Of a stretch of DNA of 64,000 nt, positions 13,290 through 26,433 are shown piece by piece. How positions within the stretch are numbered: position 1 is the first letter of the stretch; each line of letters opens with the position of its first letter. Below the pieces are notes generated by a model that did not search any database, had not been told where the DNA came from, and saw nothing but the letters and a program-made list of their open reading frames with translations. The DNA is from Chlorokybus atmophyticus (taxonomy: Eukaryota > Plantae > Mesostigma and Chlorokybus algae). Both the position numbers and the translations under genes were made by a program. The stretch is from the NCBI GenBank assembly GCA_009103225.1, contig RHPI01000638.1, positions 310,001 to 374,000 on the forward strand, read 5' to 3'.

Positions 13290-14141
13290 TGCATGGGTAA
13301 GTGAATGTGTGTTGTTGACGTGTTCCATGTATCGTTGCTAAAGGAGTACAAGAGTGATAGTAGAGTCCAACCCCCACCTCCACCCGAGTTGGTAGATGGT
13401 GAGTGGGAGTACGAGGTAGAGGCGATATTGGCACGCCATTGTCGAGGAAGAAATCGTTTCCTCGAGTATCTCGTGCAATGGAAGGGCTATGGTGTAGAAC
13501 ACAACTTATGGGTCTTAATAAAAGGACTTGGCATATTGCCAAGAGTTGATGCCAGAATTTCTTGCAACTCACACAGACCCAACCCAAGCCTAGCAACCCT
13601 TTGTGTAGCTATAATGCCCTTCTGAATGTGCACAAGATGTGTGCAGCCCCAAGCCAAACCTACCAAGTACGAGTGCACTCGCGAGAGGCAACCATGGAGG
13701 TTTGCCACCTTCATGTGTCGGAGACGGTCACAAAGTAGGTGGGGAGGAGTGTAACGCGGCTAGTAGTTATGCTCTAAGTGCTTGAACACGTGAGATAGAC
13801 AATGAACAAGCATGTGTGCTTGCTGCTACAAGGTAGACATCGGTGTGGGACAGTCAGCCACAAATGTCTACATTGTAAATGTTGACATCTAATACGTAAG
13901 CGTCTATGAGACAGACATTGATGAGGGCCACTCAGCCACCAATGTCTACAATATAAATGTGTCTATCACATGGATAAAGACAACCAAGAAGGCGTACATG
14001 TTAATATCTTTCACATGAATGTGGACATCCAAGTTGTGTATGTTGATATCGTAGAGACTCATGTCCGAAGAATATCAGAAGAGTCAAGCACCAATATCAC
14101 GCACAAGGATGCGGACATTGTAGCAATGAATGTCCACATCG
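13290..14141 (+). mobile_element. Chromovirus remnant: integrase C-terminus and chromodomain, PPT, start of 3-prime LTR
   Basis: VFHVSLLKEY..PPPPELVDGEWEYEVEAIL..EYLVQWKGYGVEHNLW (ORF 13305-13625) is the characteristic chromoviral chromodomain. PPT ggggaggag at 13741-13749 is followed by TGTAAC at 13750. Confidence 0.88.
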
Positions 14142-14181
14142 TACTGGAACTATCTGTTGATAGTTGCTATACGACGCTTTG

Positions 14182-15751
14182 TCAAAAAAGAAACAGGATG
14201 ACTGCTTTGAGCAGGCCGTAGCACACAACGGCTAGCTTGAACAGCACGTACGACATCATGGCAATAAAGACCTTCTGGATGACGTTTGCCATCAACCACA
14301 TGCGTCTGGGCGGAGAGTTGCAGACAGCTGTCAGGTCTTCAAAGCTGTCGAGGGTGTTGAACGGCGTAAAAAAGAAGCCGTTGGTGCCGACCATGATGTC
14401 GAAGAGCCTGTTAACACCGGTGATGCCCTTCAGCACTTGCAGCGTCCACTTCCTGCTGCATGTGTCCAAGTCGTAGTACCTCTTGACACCGCCCACGCTT
14501 GCAAAGAGTCTGCCCTCCTCCTGCGCAACACACAGCAGAAGCACACAATGAGGTTACTGCTCTCCATGGTACACGCGCCTTTGCACAGGCTGATGATTGC
14601 ACACATGTGTTGGCAGTTCCACCCAATACATGCGACATGCATGATCTAACTATGTGTACTCCTTCCCGTTGCTCACCTGAGTACTCCACTCGTTGCGTGC
14701 ACAGTAGCGTGCAATGTAGATCGCACCAAATACGTATGCGGCCGCATGCGCGCGTGTAGAGTCTGCCGCATACACAACACTCTCTGCATCGCATAAGTTG
14801 TTCAGCCTGTACACGTGCATGTACACGCGGAACAGCCGCGCTACCCCCGCAGCTACTGCAACGACTTCGTCTGCCAGATCATCCGCCAAGACACGTATAC
14901 TTTCGTTGTAGTCCCACCCAAACAGTAGCGCCCGTGCCCCATGCTTGAACTGGTAGCTTTTGCACTTCTCCTCCTCTTTGACCAGCTGCAAAGCTCGCTT
15001 TGCGTAGCTAATAAGGCTGGCTGCGCTAATGTTGTTGGCCACTGGTGCGCAGTAGCGGATGGTTTCCAACAGCTGTACGGGAACTGATGGGCCAAGCTTG
15101 CACTCCACCAGCAGTGCTGTGCATTTACTTCCGGTAGCAGCCAGAAGTGCTCGCTCACCTGTGTGTCACACACAAAGTTTGTGGGTGAGTATGTGATTTG
15201 TGCAGTTGCAAATCATGTCTCGAAGAAGGGTGCATACATGCATGATGCACTATATGGCATGTACGTGCATGTGCACGTGCTTCGTATATAATTGTCAACG
15301 GCGATGACTCACAAAGATAACAATGCAACACACTTGCCTGCTGCTGGTTTACATTCAACCGAAGTTCGTCTGCTGGTTGCTTGAGCGCATTGTTCGAAGC
15401 TCCAGCATCCTCTCCAGTCACACCTGCTAAAGAAAGCATAATCAACTGATAGTCATGTGTTATCAGACCAGATCACTGTGCATCAGCCTCACACCTGCAG
15501 AGAGCGGTTGCAGCTCCTGGTTTACTGTGTTCGAAGCTGCTGAATCTTTCCCAGACGCGCCTGCTGAAGGAAGCACATTCAACCAATAACCATGCGTTTA
15601 CTACTAGTAGACCAGAACATTGTTCGTCCTCATAGCTGCGCTTGCGGCGCAGAGTGGTTGCAGCTCCTCATGAAGCGGCTTCATTTTGCGGGTTAGCGTG
15701 CAGCGTTCGATTGTTCTCTTGTAGCTCTCTGTGGGGACTTGCGCACAGCAC
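14182..15751 (-). pseudogene. Unknown family copy 2; 1-nt deletion just after FWLLP
   Basis: Same exon layout as copy 1. It has 8 nt instead of 9 between CCG and TGC (~15125-15135), shared with copy 5; the remainder of the core exons is open. Confidence 0.72.
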
Positions 15752-18364
15752 CTGCACGGTACAGAGTTGTATGTCATTGTGAGTGCGGGAGTGCATGCGT
15801 TCACATCTGTGCCCATATGCACGTAGCCCGAACAAGCAGTGGACCCTGCAGCGGAATGTAAAGAAGCATGCGCGTCGCAAGAAGACGCAAACGTTTTCAA
15901 GCTGGGCGCAGTCTTAACAACAGACCACTGCGCTAATGGTATGGGACCTTGCGCGATAGCAGTAGAATGCCCATACCACGACACGCTAGATGACAGCAGG
16001 CTGGACACCACTCTCACAACACTCAACATGCACACTGCCATACCATGAAAGCTTCTGCTTGTAGCAACATAGCAACACTCTCAGAGGGCCTGGCCTAACT
16101 CGAATACTTGGCACAGTAGCAGCAGTGGCATGCGCGCTTGAGCTTGCAGCCGCACTGTCATAGGCAAACAGAGTCAGTCTGCCTCCTCCGCTGCTCAGCA
16201 AAGGCAAACACTGTCAGTCAAATTCCGAGTGGGTTGACTACATCTTGGAAACGACCACCAGAGGATATGAAGAAGCCGCGCAAACAGCCATAGAAGCACA
16301 CACACGGCTCGCACACTCAACAAACAAGCCAGCCATATCCGCAACAGCCGGGCAACCGCAAGCAGCAACCAGTTGGTTGCAACCTACCAGCAAAGTGAGC
16401 TTGCAGCTGAGGCGTCTTGCAGCAGGAGGGGCCTTGCAGGAGGGAGCCACCGCTCAGCTAGGCTCCCCCACAAAGCTCACATCTCTCAGGCACGTTGCCG
16501 CTGAAGCGCCTCCTTGTCCTCCGCCTTCCGCCGCCGGCCCTAAGCTTACACTACACTGCATATTACTGTGCACTAGTAGTGTAACACTACTGCTGGGCCT
16601 TCCCGCCCTGTGTCCAGAGACCATCGTCGATATCTTTATCAAGGCGTTGAGATCGACACATGGACACAATGCTGCGCCCGTCTGTCAGAACTTCTGGCGT
16701 CGATCTCCACGCCAGTGCATATCCCGCCCTTCTGTGCCTATCCCCCAGAGCATCTCTCTCTCTCTCTGACAGGCCCTCCGAGCTAATCAGCTCGGCTCAC
16801 AGGGCCTCGCGCACATCGGGTTATGAACTTCATAACAAATCTCAAACTGACAATGGGCCTCTCTCGTAAGCTTTCTTTCATCAAGAAAGAAGCTCATGAG
16901 AACCAATCAGCTCCATGGCAGTGAATCAGCTCAGCTCAGTGAGTTGCTGATTGAGTTGCTGCTGCTGATGGGACGTGGCGGCGTTGGTGGCGTTGTTGTT
17001 GTTGCTGTGGGGCTTGGCCGTGGTGGGCCTTACGGGCTAGCGCACGGAGGCGGAGCTGCTACCGGTGGCCTGGTGTGGATCCCTTCGCTGGGCGCCGGGG
17101 ACCTTTTATAATTGCGATGGGCATGCTGCTATTTTCAGCAGACACGCTGTGTGCAATGTACTTTGATTGCAGCCGTGGTTGCCTTACATGGCTGTTGGGT
17201 CAAGCCTCTGAGCTGTTCAAGAGCAAAACACATTGGTTGATGAGCATGAGCAGCAGCTGCACGACAAGCATGCGTCGGCTGGCCCACGTAGCTGCAAGCT
17301 CACCAGGTGGGCGGCGTGGTCGGTGTGTAGCTAAAGCTAGCTTGCGGTCGCTGGCCATTTGCTCGTCACGAGCAGCGCATCAAGCATTTATGGGACACTT
17401 GAAGCAGATCGCACACATGCAATCCTCGGTAGAGTTGCTTGTGTGTGACCAGCGCTGCTGTTTCAGCGTATTTGGGGGTAATCATGCACATTCTTTTGCT
17501 GGCTTCTGCGTGTTAACGACATACCTTGTTAACCAACTGCATGTCAGACTTAGCACGCATATGCCACAGCTGCTGCTCGTCGCAGCTGTGTCCTCCATAC
17601 GTATGATGTGTGTTACCGAAACAAGTAATGCAATTCAGCATGACTATGATTCATACCATAATTATTTGTACCATGACTTTGTGTAGCTTGCACCTTTTTA
17701 GAACTGCGTAGGTTGAAGACTTGGGCCAGACGGAGAGGCGTACTGTCTGGCAGCTACAGGACACCCCAGGGGTATCCAATTTTCTTTGTCGTTTCGTCTT
17801 CTGCATGCATAAGGGGGGATTTCTATCTGATTTGCTAGTCTCCACGTGTGCTCAGCCAGCACATCCGCTGGCAGATGTGCACAGGTAGCAATCCTGGACC
17901 GTGTATACCAAGGCGATCGCTCATTAGCCTACATCACGATGGCAAATCCAGTGACAGTATGCAGTGAGTTCCATTTCCCGAGCTTCTGTGTGCATGTGCG
18001 GGCTCCGATGCAGGCTCTGTGCGTGCGTGCGTGCGTCTGTTTGCGCATGCACACGCCTTGGTATATTTGTACGCGTGTACAAGTGTGTACAGGTTTGTGC
18101 GCAGCCGCATACGTGCTTGTGTTGAACTGTTATGGGCAGGAACTCACGTGCCGGCGTGCACTGCCAGTCTGCTTGTCAGGGAGTCACGGTGCCACCAGTG
18201 GTCCACGCCCAGACCCGGTACATGCTTCCTTATTGCAGCGCTTGCTTGTTGTATACACCAATGCTTAAGGCTGCTGCATGCTGCACTAGATGCACGACAC
18301 GCACTTGCAAATCACTATAACGGACATGCACGCCCGCACCCAAACACAAGCCTCTGTGGTGCAG

Positions 18365-19686
18365 GCATCGTGAAGTCAGCACAGAGGGCTTTGCGAGTGA
18401 GCCGCCTGCACGCAAACTGCAAACAAAAGAGGGCTGCACTGCAATCGCTCTGCACAAGCGCAGAAGGTACGCAACTGCTGCTTGATTTAATGAATGCGCT
18501 ATTGTTCAGCAAGTGCTTCTGCAGCAGGCGCTTTTCTAGACAGCTCTGCAGCTTCCAAAGACTATGCACTTGAGCCTGCACACGAAGAGCAGGCAAGTGC
18601 GCGTTGTTGTGTGGACTTATGTTCGCTAGTGTCTTTGTTGGAAACCACGCGCAGGCACATGCATGCAACACAGTACTCCTGCAAGCTTGCATGAGCTCAC
18701 TGCCCGTTTAGCCTTGAACACGGATAAATGAAACTTCTTCCAAAAACAAAATTGCTTTGCCTAAGCATACAGGTGAGCGAGCACTTCTGGCTGTCTACCG
18801 GGATGCATATGCACGGCAATGCTGGTCGCTTGCAAGCTTGGCCCAGCAATGTCCATATTTTATGGAAGTCATCCGCAACTGCGCACAAGAGGCAAATGAC
18901 AGCAGCGCAGCCAGTGCCATAGGCTTTGCAAAGCAAGCGTTGGAGATGGTCAAACAGGAAGAAAACTCCAGAGATTACTGGTCCAAGCATGGTGCATGGG
19001 CACTATTGTTGCGGTGGAATGGCACAGGTGAGGCGGCGCAACGTCTGTCGAATGAAGACGCTTCCTTGGCGGCGGGGGTAACGCGACTGTTCCACGTGCA
19101 CATGTGCGTGTACCAGCTGATCAAGTCTGGCGAAGCAAGAGTGTTGTATTTGCGGGAGAGTCGGCGCGCATGCAGCCACATACGTTTTTGGTGTAGTCTA
19201 CGTTGCACAGTACAACGCATGGAGAGAGTGGCGAAACCAGGTGAGCAACGCAAGGTGTTTACACATGTGCACTATCAGCCTGTGCCACCGCATGTGTACC
19301 AGGGAGTATGACCCACGTTTCGTGTGCGTTTGCTGCTATCTGTGCAAGAGAGTAGCAGCGTGGTGGGTGTCGGTGACGTCAAGTTGCACTCCGACCTAGA
19401 CACATGCATGAGACACTGGGCTAATACCGTGCTGAAGGGCATCGGCGCACCTGACACCCTCCTACGCAACATTGACAGGAAGGGCATTCACAACTTCTGG
19501 TGGACACCATTTAACACCCCAACCTACCACGACTTGGAAGTCGTTTGCAACAATTCACCAAGATTCAAGTGATTGCTGGAAAACGTCATCAAGGTAGCTC
19601 TGGTTGGCCTTGCGTGTCTTCTGTTCCTGTGGCTGTTTCCTGGACGTCGGCAATTTGTCAAATTCATTCTGAAGTGGCTCCGGTGA
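18365..19686 (+). pseudogene. Unknown family copy 3 (divergent from copy 2); several frameshifts and a TGG>TGA stop
   Basis: Aligns to open copy 6. Indels lie near 18795, 18860 and 19140-19170; TGA at 19570-19572 corresponds to TGG in copy 6. Confidence 0.78.
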
Positions 19687-20215
19687 AGCAGCGCAGTGGT
19701 CTAGCCAAGGGGCTTGCTTGTTATGGACTTGCGTGTAAGCAGAGAGGTACGCTGGTTTGAACCCACATAGCAGCTTGTGATGAGCTGTAAGGTGGACCAT
19801 GGACGTCGTGTATGCGAGCGTGGTGTTTTGGTAGCTAGAACAGCCTGCTACCGGTAGGGATTCCTCTCTCGCGCGCGCACACAGCCGTGAGGTGGACATA
19901 CACCTCCCGTCAGAAGGTCCTGAATGCGACCAGCATAATATCATGGCTCTTGCTACTGGACAATAAGCGAGTCTTGCCTGCGTACATGACAAGCTTTGGT
20001 GGGCAATAGAGCGATTGTAGTCACTGCTGACGCGGTGTCGCAAATCGTGCACGCGAGTAGCTAGGTGATGCAATAGTGCAAATTGGGATGAGTGTGCACA
20101 TTGGCCCATATGCATGGACAATGTGTTTCAACCATCTTACATGTGTTCACCATCATTTAAACCTTTTGTAAACATACAGCTCAGCATACGCAGCAACATG
20201 CAGTATGCATCCGGT

Positions 20216-20385
20216 ACAGTATTTGCCTCTGAGAGGTATCACAACGTAAGACAATGAGAAGCCTTCACTACAACCGGTAGGTATATGTGAGGGATTGTGT
20301 GAAGACATAATCACATATACCCACCGGTTGTAGTGAAGGCTTCTCATTGTCTTACGTTGTGATACCTCTCAGAGGCAAATACTGT
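20216..20385. repeat. Near-perfect inverted repeat: 75-bp arms, 20-nt loop
   Basis: 20216-20290 versus 20311-20385 show one mismatch; the structure is absent at the orthologous site 62645-62750. Confidence 0.93.
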
Positions 20386-20434
20386 CTGTCTTCACACAAT
20401 CCCTGCATCCCATGTTATACACGTGGCAACCAGT

Positions 20435-20680
<246 letters not shown>

Positions 20681-21744
20681 CACGCATGTTGATGTCTACA
20701 ATATTGTTTACTAGCACGGTTACTGCACGCTCGTAGTAAAAACCATGCTGCACTGCTGAGAGAAGCGACACACAACAAGCCTAAACCTTGCTCACGGCGA
20801 TGATTCCGCCCCACTAGTAGTGTGTTTGGAAGGAAGGGATGACACATGCATGACTGATGGGGTGTTACGGCGTAGTGTACATAGTAGCCACGGTGGTAGC
20901 TTAGATAAGCTCGGTTTTTGATGTATAATTGATTGTTGGCCTGCATACTATGCGCTAATCACACACTCCGCTTGTCAGATGCATAGGCATGTGCGCTTCG
21001 CATATTGTACAACAGGGGGTTTACGCATACGCACCAACTTTTTGAGGACTGAAGCCATAGAGACCTGACCATTATTGTATGACGCTCACACAGAGCAATG
21101 ATTACACCGCTTCTCCAGGTTTTGGTGCCACCACATGACAGTAACAACCAAGCGAATATTCACAGCATGAATTCATAGATTCATTTGCTGTCATTTATGA
21201 CATGCAGCGTGATCACTTTATGAACTGCCCTCCCACAAGCTAGTCATGCGCGTGCGTGTCGGTGGCGCAACGCATCGGTTGTGAAGGCTTCTATGGTCAT
21301 GTTTCATGAAATGGAGCTCAGTTACGGTCAGCACATTGAGGTGTAACTTGATTACGCTGGTAGGACTCACATGTCATTGAAAATCGCTAGTTGTGACTGA
21401 GTTGGGAGTTGTAAGGTGGTTATGGCAGCCGAAGTGGTTAAACCGGTTGTAAGGACATGGTAGGAGAATGTGTAAGTGTCCGTGACTTGTGTTGTAGCTA
21501 GTTGAGCGCAAGTCCCTTGTTCTATAGGGAGCATACAGCTACTTGGCTAGGCTTCAAGACTTGGTTGGTCGTTGCCTTGGTTGTGTGCTTGCCTTGAGTG
21601 TGCACGTGCTTGGATATGCTTGTGCGACGTGTATGAGCGTGTGTCACATTTTGGGAACGGACTTAGCCTCATCTCCCCGCGCATCACATGCCAATTGCAA
21701 GTATAGAAGCATGTGCTTGAGTCTAGGTTGGCTAAGACACGCGT

Positions 21745-23094
21745 TTGTTACTTGCGCTTAACTCATTGGCATACAGGTGTGCGGGTGTTTGTAGTTGTGG
21801 AGGACGTGGAATGCCCGTGGAAACGATGTCAGGAGCTGGTCTAAAGGAGCCTGAAGTCCCCTTGAAGGAGAGAGAAGAGTTGCCCGAGAAGGAGGTGCCT
21901 ACTTCCTCGAGCGAAGGAGACGTGAAGCTAGCCGGTGACAAGGAAGACCACGAGGACGTTGAAGAGGTTGAAGAGGAGGAGCCAAATCCGATAGACTCCT
22001 TGTTGGAGACGGAGATGAAGGGAGCGCGCACGCGTTTCAGCGGCCGGCCCAAAACATTGGAGCTACAAGACTTTAAGGATAGGTTTGAGTGTCGCATGAT
22101 CAGCTGGTCGGCACGTGACAAGTCTTGGAATGAGCACAAAGCATTCAAAATGCCCGAGTGCTTGGAGGATGAAGCTTTGGGCACGTGGGAGTTCCAGAGG
22201 AAGTTGGAGGCATGAGACGAGGTGTGTAGAGCTGATCATGGAGCTGAGTTTGAGAAGGAGTGGGCGAAGGTGCAGCCCGTGAGAGAGTTCATGGTGGTGT
22301 TGACATTAACGTATCCGCAATCGACGCCGGCAAGGATGATGGAGATGATGTACTTCAAGCGCAAGGATGGTGAGACCCCTCGCATGATGTACACAAGGAT
22401 GGTGAAGTTGTTAGAGGACACGGAGTATGAGGCTGTATCCAACAAAATGGCCGCAGTACTGTACTTGCGTGCATTAGAGGATGGCTTGAGGGAGGCGGTG
22501 CAGACCGTGTTGAGAGGAGCACATCAAGGCGCAAGCTACACGCTTCGTGACGTCTTCGTTGCAGCGGAGAACGCGCAGTGGCAGCAAGAGTATGAGAAGA
22601 GCATTGGTGCAATGGCGGAGGGCATGGCGACGCAGCTGTCGGGAGCTACCAAGCGCACCGATGCTGGTCGGCGCAATGGAGGACAAGCTACAGTCACCAT
22701 ATTAGCCCCGATGAGGAGTGTAATGGTTGCAAACGGTGTTCCCATGAGTGCACGACATGAGGAGCAGCAAACGGGGGGATGTTGGAGGTGTGGAGAGGCT
22801 GGACACATAGCCAGGTATTGTTCGAAAAGGCAAGGCCTTGTGTGTTCGTATTGTGGGAAGATGGGCCATGATGACAACGCGTGTTGGAGCAAGCATTTGC
22901 ACTTGCGCGCGGAGGTGCTGAGCGGCAAGACCGTGACCAAGCAAGCACATTCAGCTCAAGCAGGAAGCTCACAAAGCCATGCGGAGCTGGCGCATGCAAG
23001 CGAGGTGTCCGCGCTCGTTGCCGAGGTGGCGGAGTTGAAGGCGGCGCTAGCGGGGCTGCGCACGCAGCTGGAAGGCAAGCAAATGGGTCTTTGA
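21745..23094 (+). pseudogene. gag: Gag-like polyprotein with two CCHC zinc knuckles; in-frame stop at 22213-22215
   Basis: CWRCGEAGHIARYC and CSYCGKMGHDDNAC knuckles. ORFs 21745-22215 and 22222-23094 are in the same frame, separated by a single TGA. Confidence 0.82.
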
Positions 23095-23959
23095 CAAGAG
23101 AAGGATGATGAGGATGGAGGTGCGTATGCGTACTTGGCGTATAGCGCGGTGTGCAGCCCAATGACGGCTACGGCAGCTACAAGGATTGCGCTGCACCAGC
23201 ACCTACGACGGTACCGCCCTACACGCGATGCAAGGGGGTCCGCGTTGCAGCCTTGGAGGTTTGCAAAGTTGCTGGAGGTCATGAGATACTCTTTGCACCA
23301 GCTGGTGCGCATTCACGCGCGGTATCAGCACCGTTGACGGCGATGGCGGGCGGCCATGCGCCTTCGCCAGCAACGGAGGTATCGGCGGCATCGGCGTTGA
23401 CATTACCTTTGGTGAGGAGGTTTGTGAGTGTGGAGCAGCATGAAGGCATGCGTATCAATGTGAAGAACGATGTGGATGAGGTCAAGATGCAGTCCGTGAA
23501 GGGTTTGGCATTGTTGTTGGAGACTGCGAGTGCACAAGTCAGCCCTACATGTGCGAGCGAGTTGAAGGTGCCAACGGCGCATGTGGATGCAAGTGCAGTC
23601 CAGCAGCTGGTGGAAACGCTTCTCCACTAGCCCATGTTGACGCTGAAGGATGTCGGATGCACTTTGGAGCGGTTGGAGTGCATGTTGGGGCAGATGTTGA
23701 AGCCCGTGACAGCCGACGCAGCTACGCAAGTCAATTTGGATGGCGAGGCAGATGTGAAGAGTGAGGAGGAGTTTGGGGCAGTCGTTTACGAAGAAGAAGC
23801 TTCATGGAGTGCCGGACGGTGTGCAAGAGCTGTAGGGGATGCGCCCATTGTGGAGATAGCAAATGGCATGCACACGGACGTGATAGAAGAGCCGGTGCAG
23901 CTGGACTTGTTGGCGGCGTTGTCGAGGCCGGCTGAGAGGCTTGATGTTGTTGCAGCGGT

Positions 23960-24440
23960 TGGAACGGTGGACAACAAGCATGGCTATGTGCAGCTGAATG
24001 GGTACACACCGGAGCGCGTGCTCGTATTCATGTGCGGAACCGAAGATACTTGGAGAGAGAGCGGCGGCGCGTATGGGATGTAGCCGAAGGATTGGGCGCA
24101 ATGTCCGTGGCATCTCAAAACAGCTGGAGGAGGGGTTGAGGCCGTATTTGCAGCGACATTGGAGCCCGTACAGATTCAATTGACTGCACATGGTGGAGCG
24201 CAAACCACTCTTGGTGTGCATTGCCTTATCACCAAGGGGGGGAGCTACGATGTATTATTGGGGCAGGAGTTCTTGTATCCAGTGGGAGGAGGAGTGGACA
24301 ACTGGTTGGAGCAGGGCTTTTTCAGACCGGGATGGGAGCACGGTGATGGTGAGAAGGCGTTCTTCCCGTTGCGAGTGAGAGAGGTTGAGGAGGCTTGCGA
24401 GGGGGTGGATGCGATGATGGGTGTGGGTAAAGGCGAATGA
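23960..24440 (+). pseudogene. Retropepsin (aspartic protease) remnant, frameshifted
   Basis: VLV-(frameshift)-SCAEPKILG..AARMG resembles the D[ST]GA active-site region, and YDVLLGQEFL matches the retropepsin C-terminal motif. Confidence 0.62.
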
Positions 24441-24781
24441 GGGGGTCTGCTGGCATTCTCGGGCCGTGAACACCAGCTGAAGGGGGTGTGATGCGCGCAT
24501 GTTGTGAGTGTCGTATCATGTGTGTGAGTATGTACACCAATGGGGCAGCTTGAGGAGGATCTGAGCTAGCATACATGCATGGAGGAAGCTACAACATGTG
24601 AAGATGCAGAAGGTGCAGCATCATGAGGTTATGACGAGCTGGTGGACGACGTTATCAAGCAACGACGGGATATGGCACGACACTAGCTATCGGATGGGCG
24701 TCCATTCCCGGAGAGAGAGAGAGAAGGGAAGAGAGAGAGAACGGGAGAGAGAGAGAGAGATAGAGAGACCACCAAATCCTT

Positions 24782-26433
24782 CTAGTGGGAAAACAGGGTG
24801 ACCAATTGTAATAGGCCGTAGAACGCAAGGTTCAGTAGCGCGTACGAGATCATTCTACGAAAGGAGTTCTGGATGAGGTTTGCCATGAACCACTTGAGTC
24901 TGGGTGGGGAGTTGCAGACGGCTGTCAGGTTGTCAAAGCTGTCGAGGGTATTAAACGTTGTCCACCAGAAGGCGTTGGTGCCATGCACAATGCCCAGCAG
25001 ACTGTCGGAACCAATGATGCCCTTTAGCACTTCCACGGTCCACTTCTTGCTGCATGTGGCCAAGTCATAGTACATCCTGACGCCACCCACATTCGCAAAA
25101 AGTCTACGCTCTTCCTGCGCACCCCGCAGCAGCAAGCGCACACAAGCAGATGTTATTCCTTCCTGGTACACGCGCCTTTGCACAGGCTGGTATTTGCACG
25201 CAACATACTTCATGAAAGCCGACAGGCATGCACGTGTTGGCAGTTATTTGAGCATGTTGCAAAACCTAAACAGCATTGCAAGAAGTAAATGGACATCCAT
25301 TGTCTTCTCGCCAAACAATACATGCGGCATGCCTACTCTAAAAGTGTGTATTTCCCACTGCTCACCTGTGTACTCCACTCGTTCCGTGCATGGTACTTTG
25401 CAATGTAGATCGCACCGTATGCGAATGCGGCCGCATGCGCGCGTGCTGTGTCTCCCGCAAACACAACACTCTTTGCATTGTGAAAACTGGTCAGCCTGTA
25501 CACGCGCATGTACACGCGGAACAACCGCGCTACCCCCGCAGCTAATGCAACGTCTTCAACTGACAGGTCATCCGCCAACTGGTCTTTGCTGTCCCACCTA
25601 AACAACAGCGCCCGTGCACCATGCTTGTACTTGTAGCTTTTGGACTTCTCTTCCTCTTTCACCATGTCCAAAGCTTCCTTTGCATAGCTGATGACGCTGG
25701 CTGCGCTGATGTCGTTGGCCACTGGTGCACAGTTGCGGATGGCTTCCAACAGCTGCACGGGAACTGATGGACCAAGTTTGCACTCCACCAGCACTGCTGT
25801 GCACGCAACTCCCGGAAGCAGCCAGAAATGCTCGCTCACCTGTGTGTTTGTGTATGAGCATATGCTTCCGTTTGCACATCATGACGCGAAAAAGATGCCT
25901 TCGTACATGACTGATGCATGTACGTGTACGTGGGCATGTGCACGTGCTTGTTTACACAGTTAATGGCGTTGACTCACAAAGGTGTTGCACACTTGCCTGC
26001 TGGTTTACATTCAACCGAAGATCGTCTGCTGGTTGCCTAAGTGCATGGTCCTCCGCAGCTGCAGAATTGTCTGCAGTCGCGCCTGCTACAAAAAGCATAT
26101 TTAACCAATAGTCATGCGTCCACCAGACCAGATCATTGTGCAGCGGCCTCATACCTGCGCAGAGCGGTTGCTGCTCCTGCTTCATTGTATCGAAAAATGT
26201 AGAATCTTTTCCACAATCTTCCCCAGACGCGCCTGCTAAAGGAAGCACAATGCACATGCGTTTACTACTAGCAGACACACTAGAACATTGTTCGGCCTCA
26301 TACCTGCGCTTGCGGCGCAGAGCGGTTGCAGCTCCTCATGAAGCGGCTTCATGAGGAGCTGCAACCGCTCTGGTTTAGCTTGCAGCGTTCAATAGTTTTC
26401 TTGTAGCTCTCTGTAAGGACTTGCGCACAGTAC
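24782..26433 (-). CDS. Unknown family copy 4 (paralogue of copy 1); core exons 25839-25366 and 25114-24782 open
   Basis: The core exons are 474 and 333 nt with the GC donor retained. An upstream exon is altered by a +14-nt palindromic expansion at 26346-26374. Confidence 0.68.

Larger units (their letters stand above)
21244..24682 (+). mobile_element. Non-autonomous LTR-type retroelement (gag + protease, no RT/IN)
   Basis: Absent from unit 1 (aagctagctatcgg). CTAG is duplicated at 21240-21243 and 24683-24686, a PPT-like gaaggggg precedes tgtgatgcgcg at ~24487, and the element ends cacgaca. Confidence 0.78.

Noticed and set aside
17075-17686. 203-aa ORF also open at 59466-60002, with an antisense CAICFKCP RING-like string
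   Set aside because: There is no recognisable domain, conservation is explained by the recent duplication, and the RING-like string is followed by a stop and lacks the remaining ligands.
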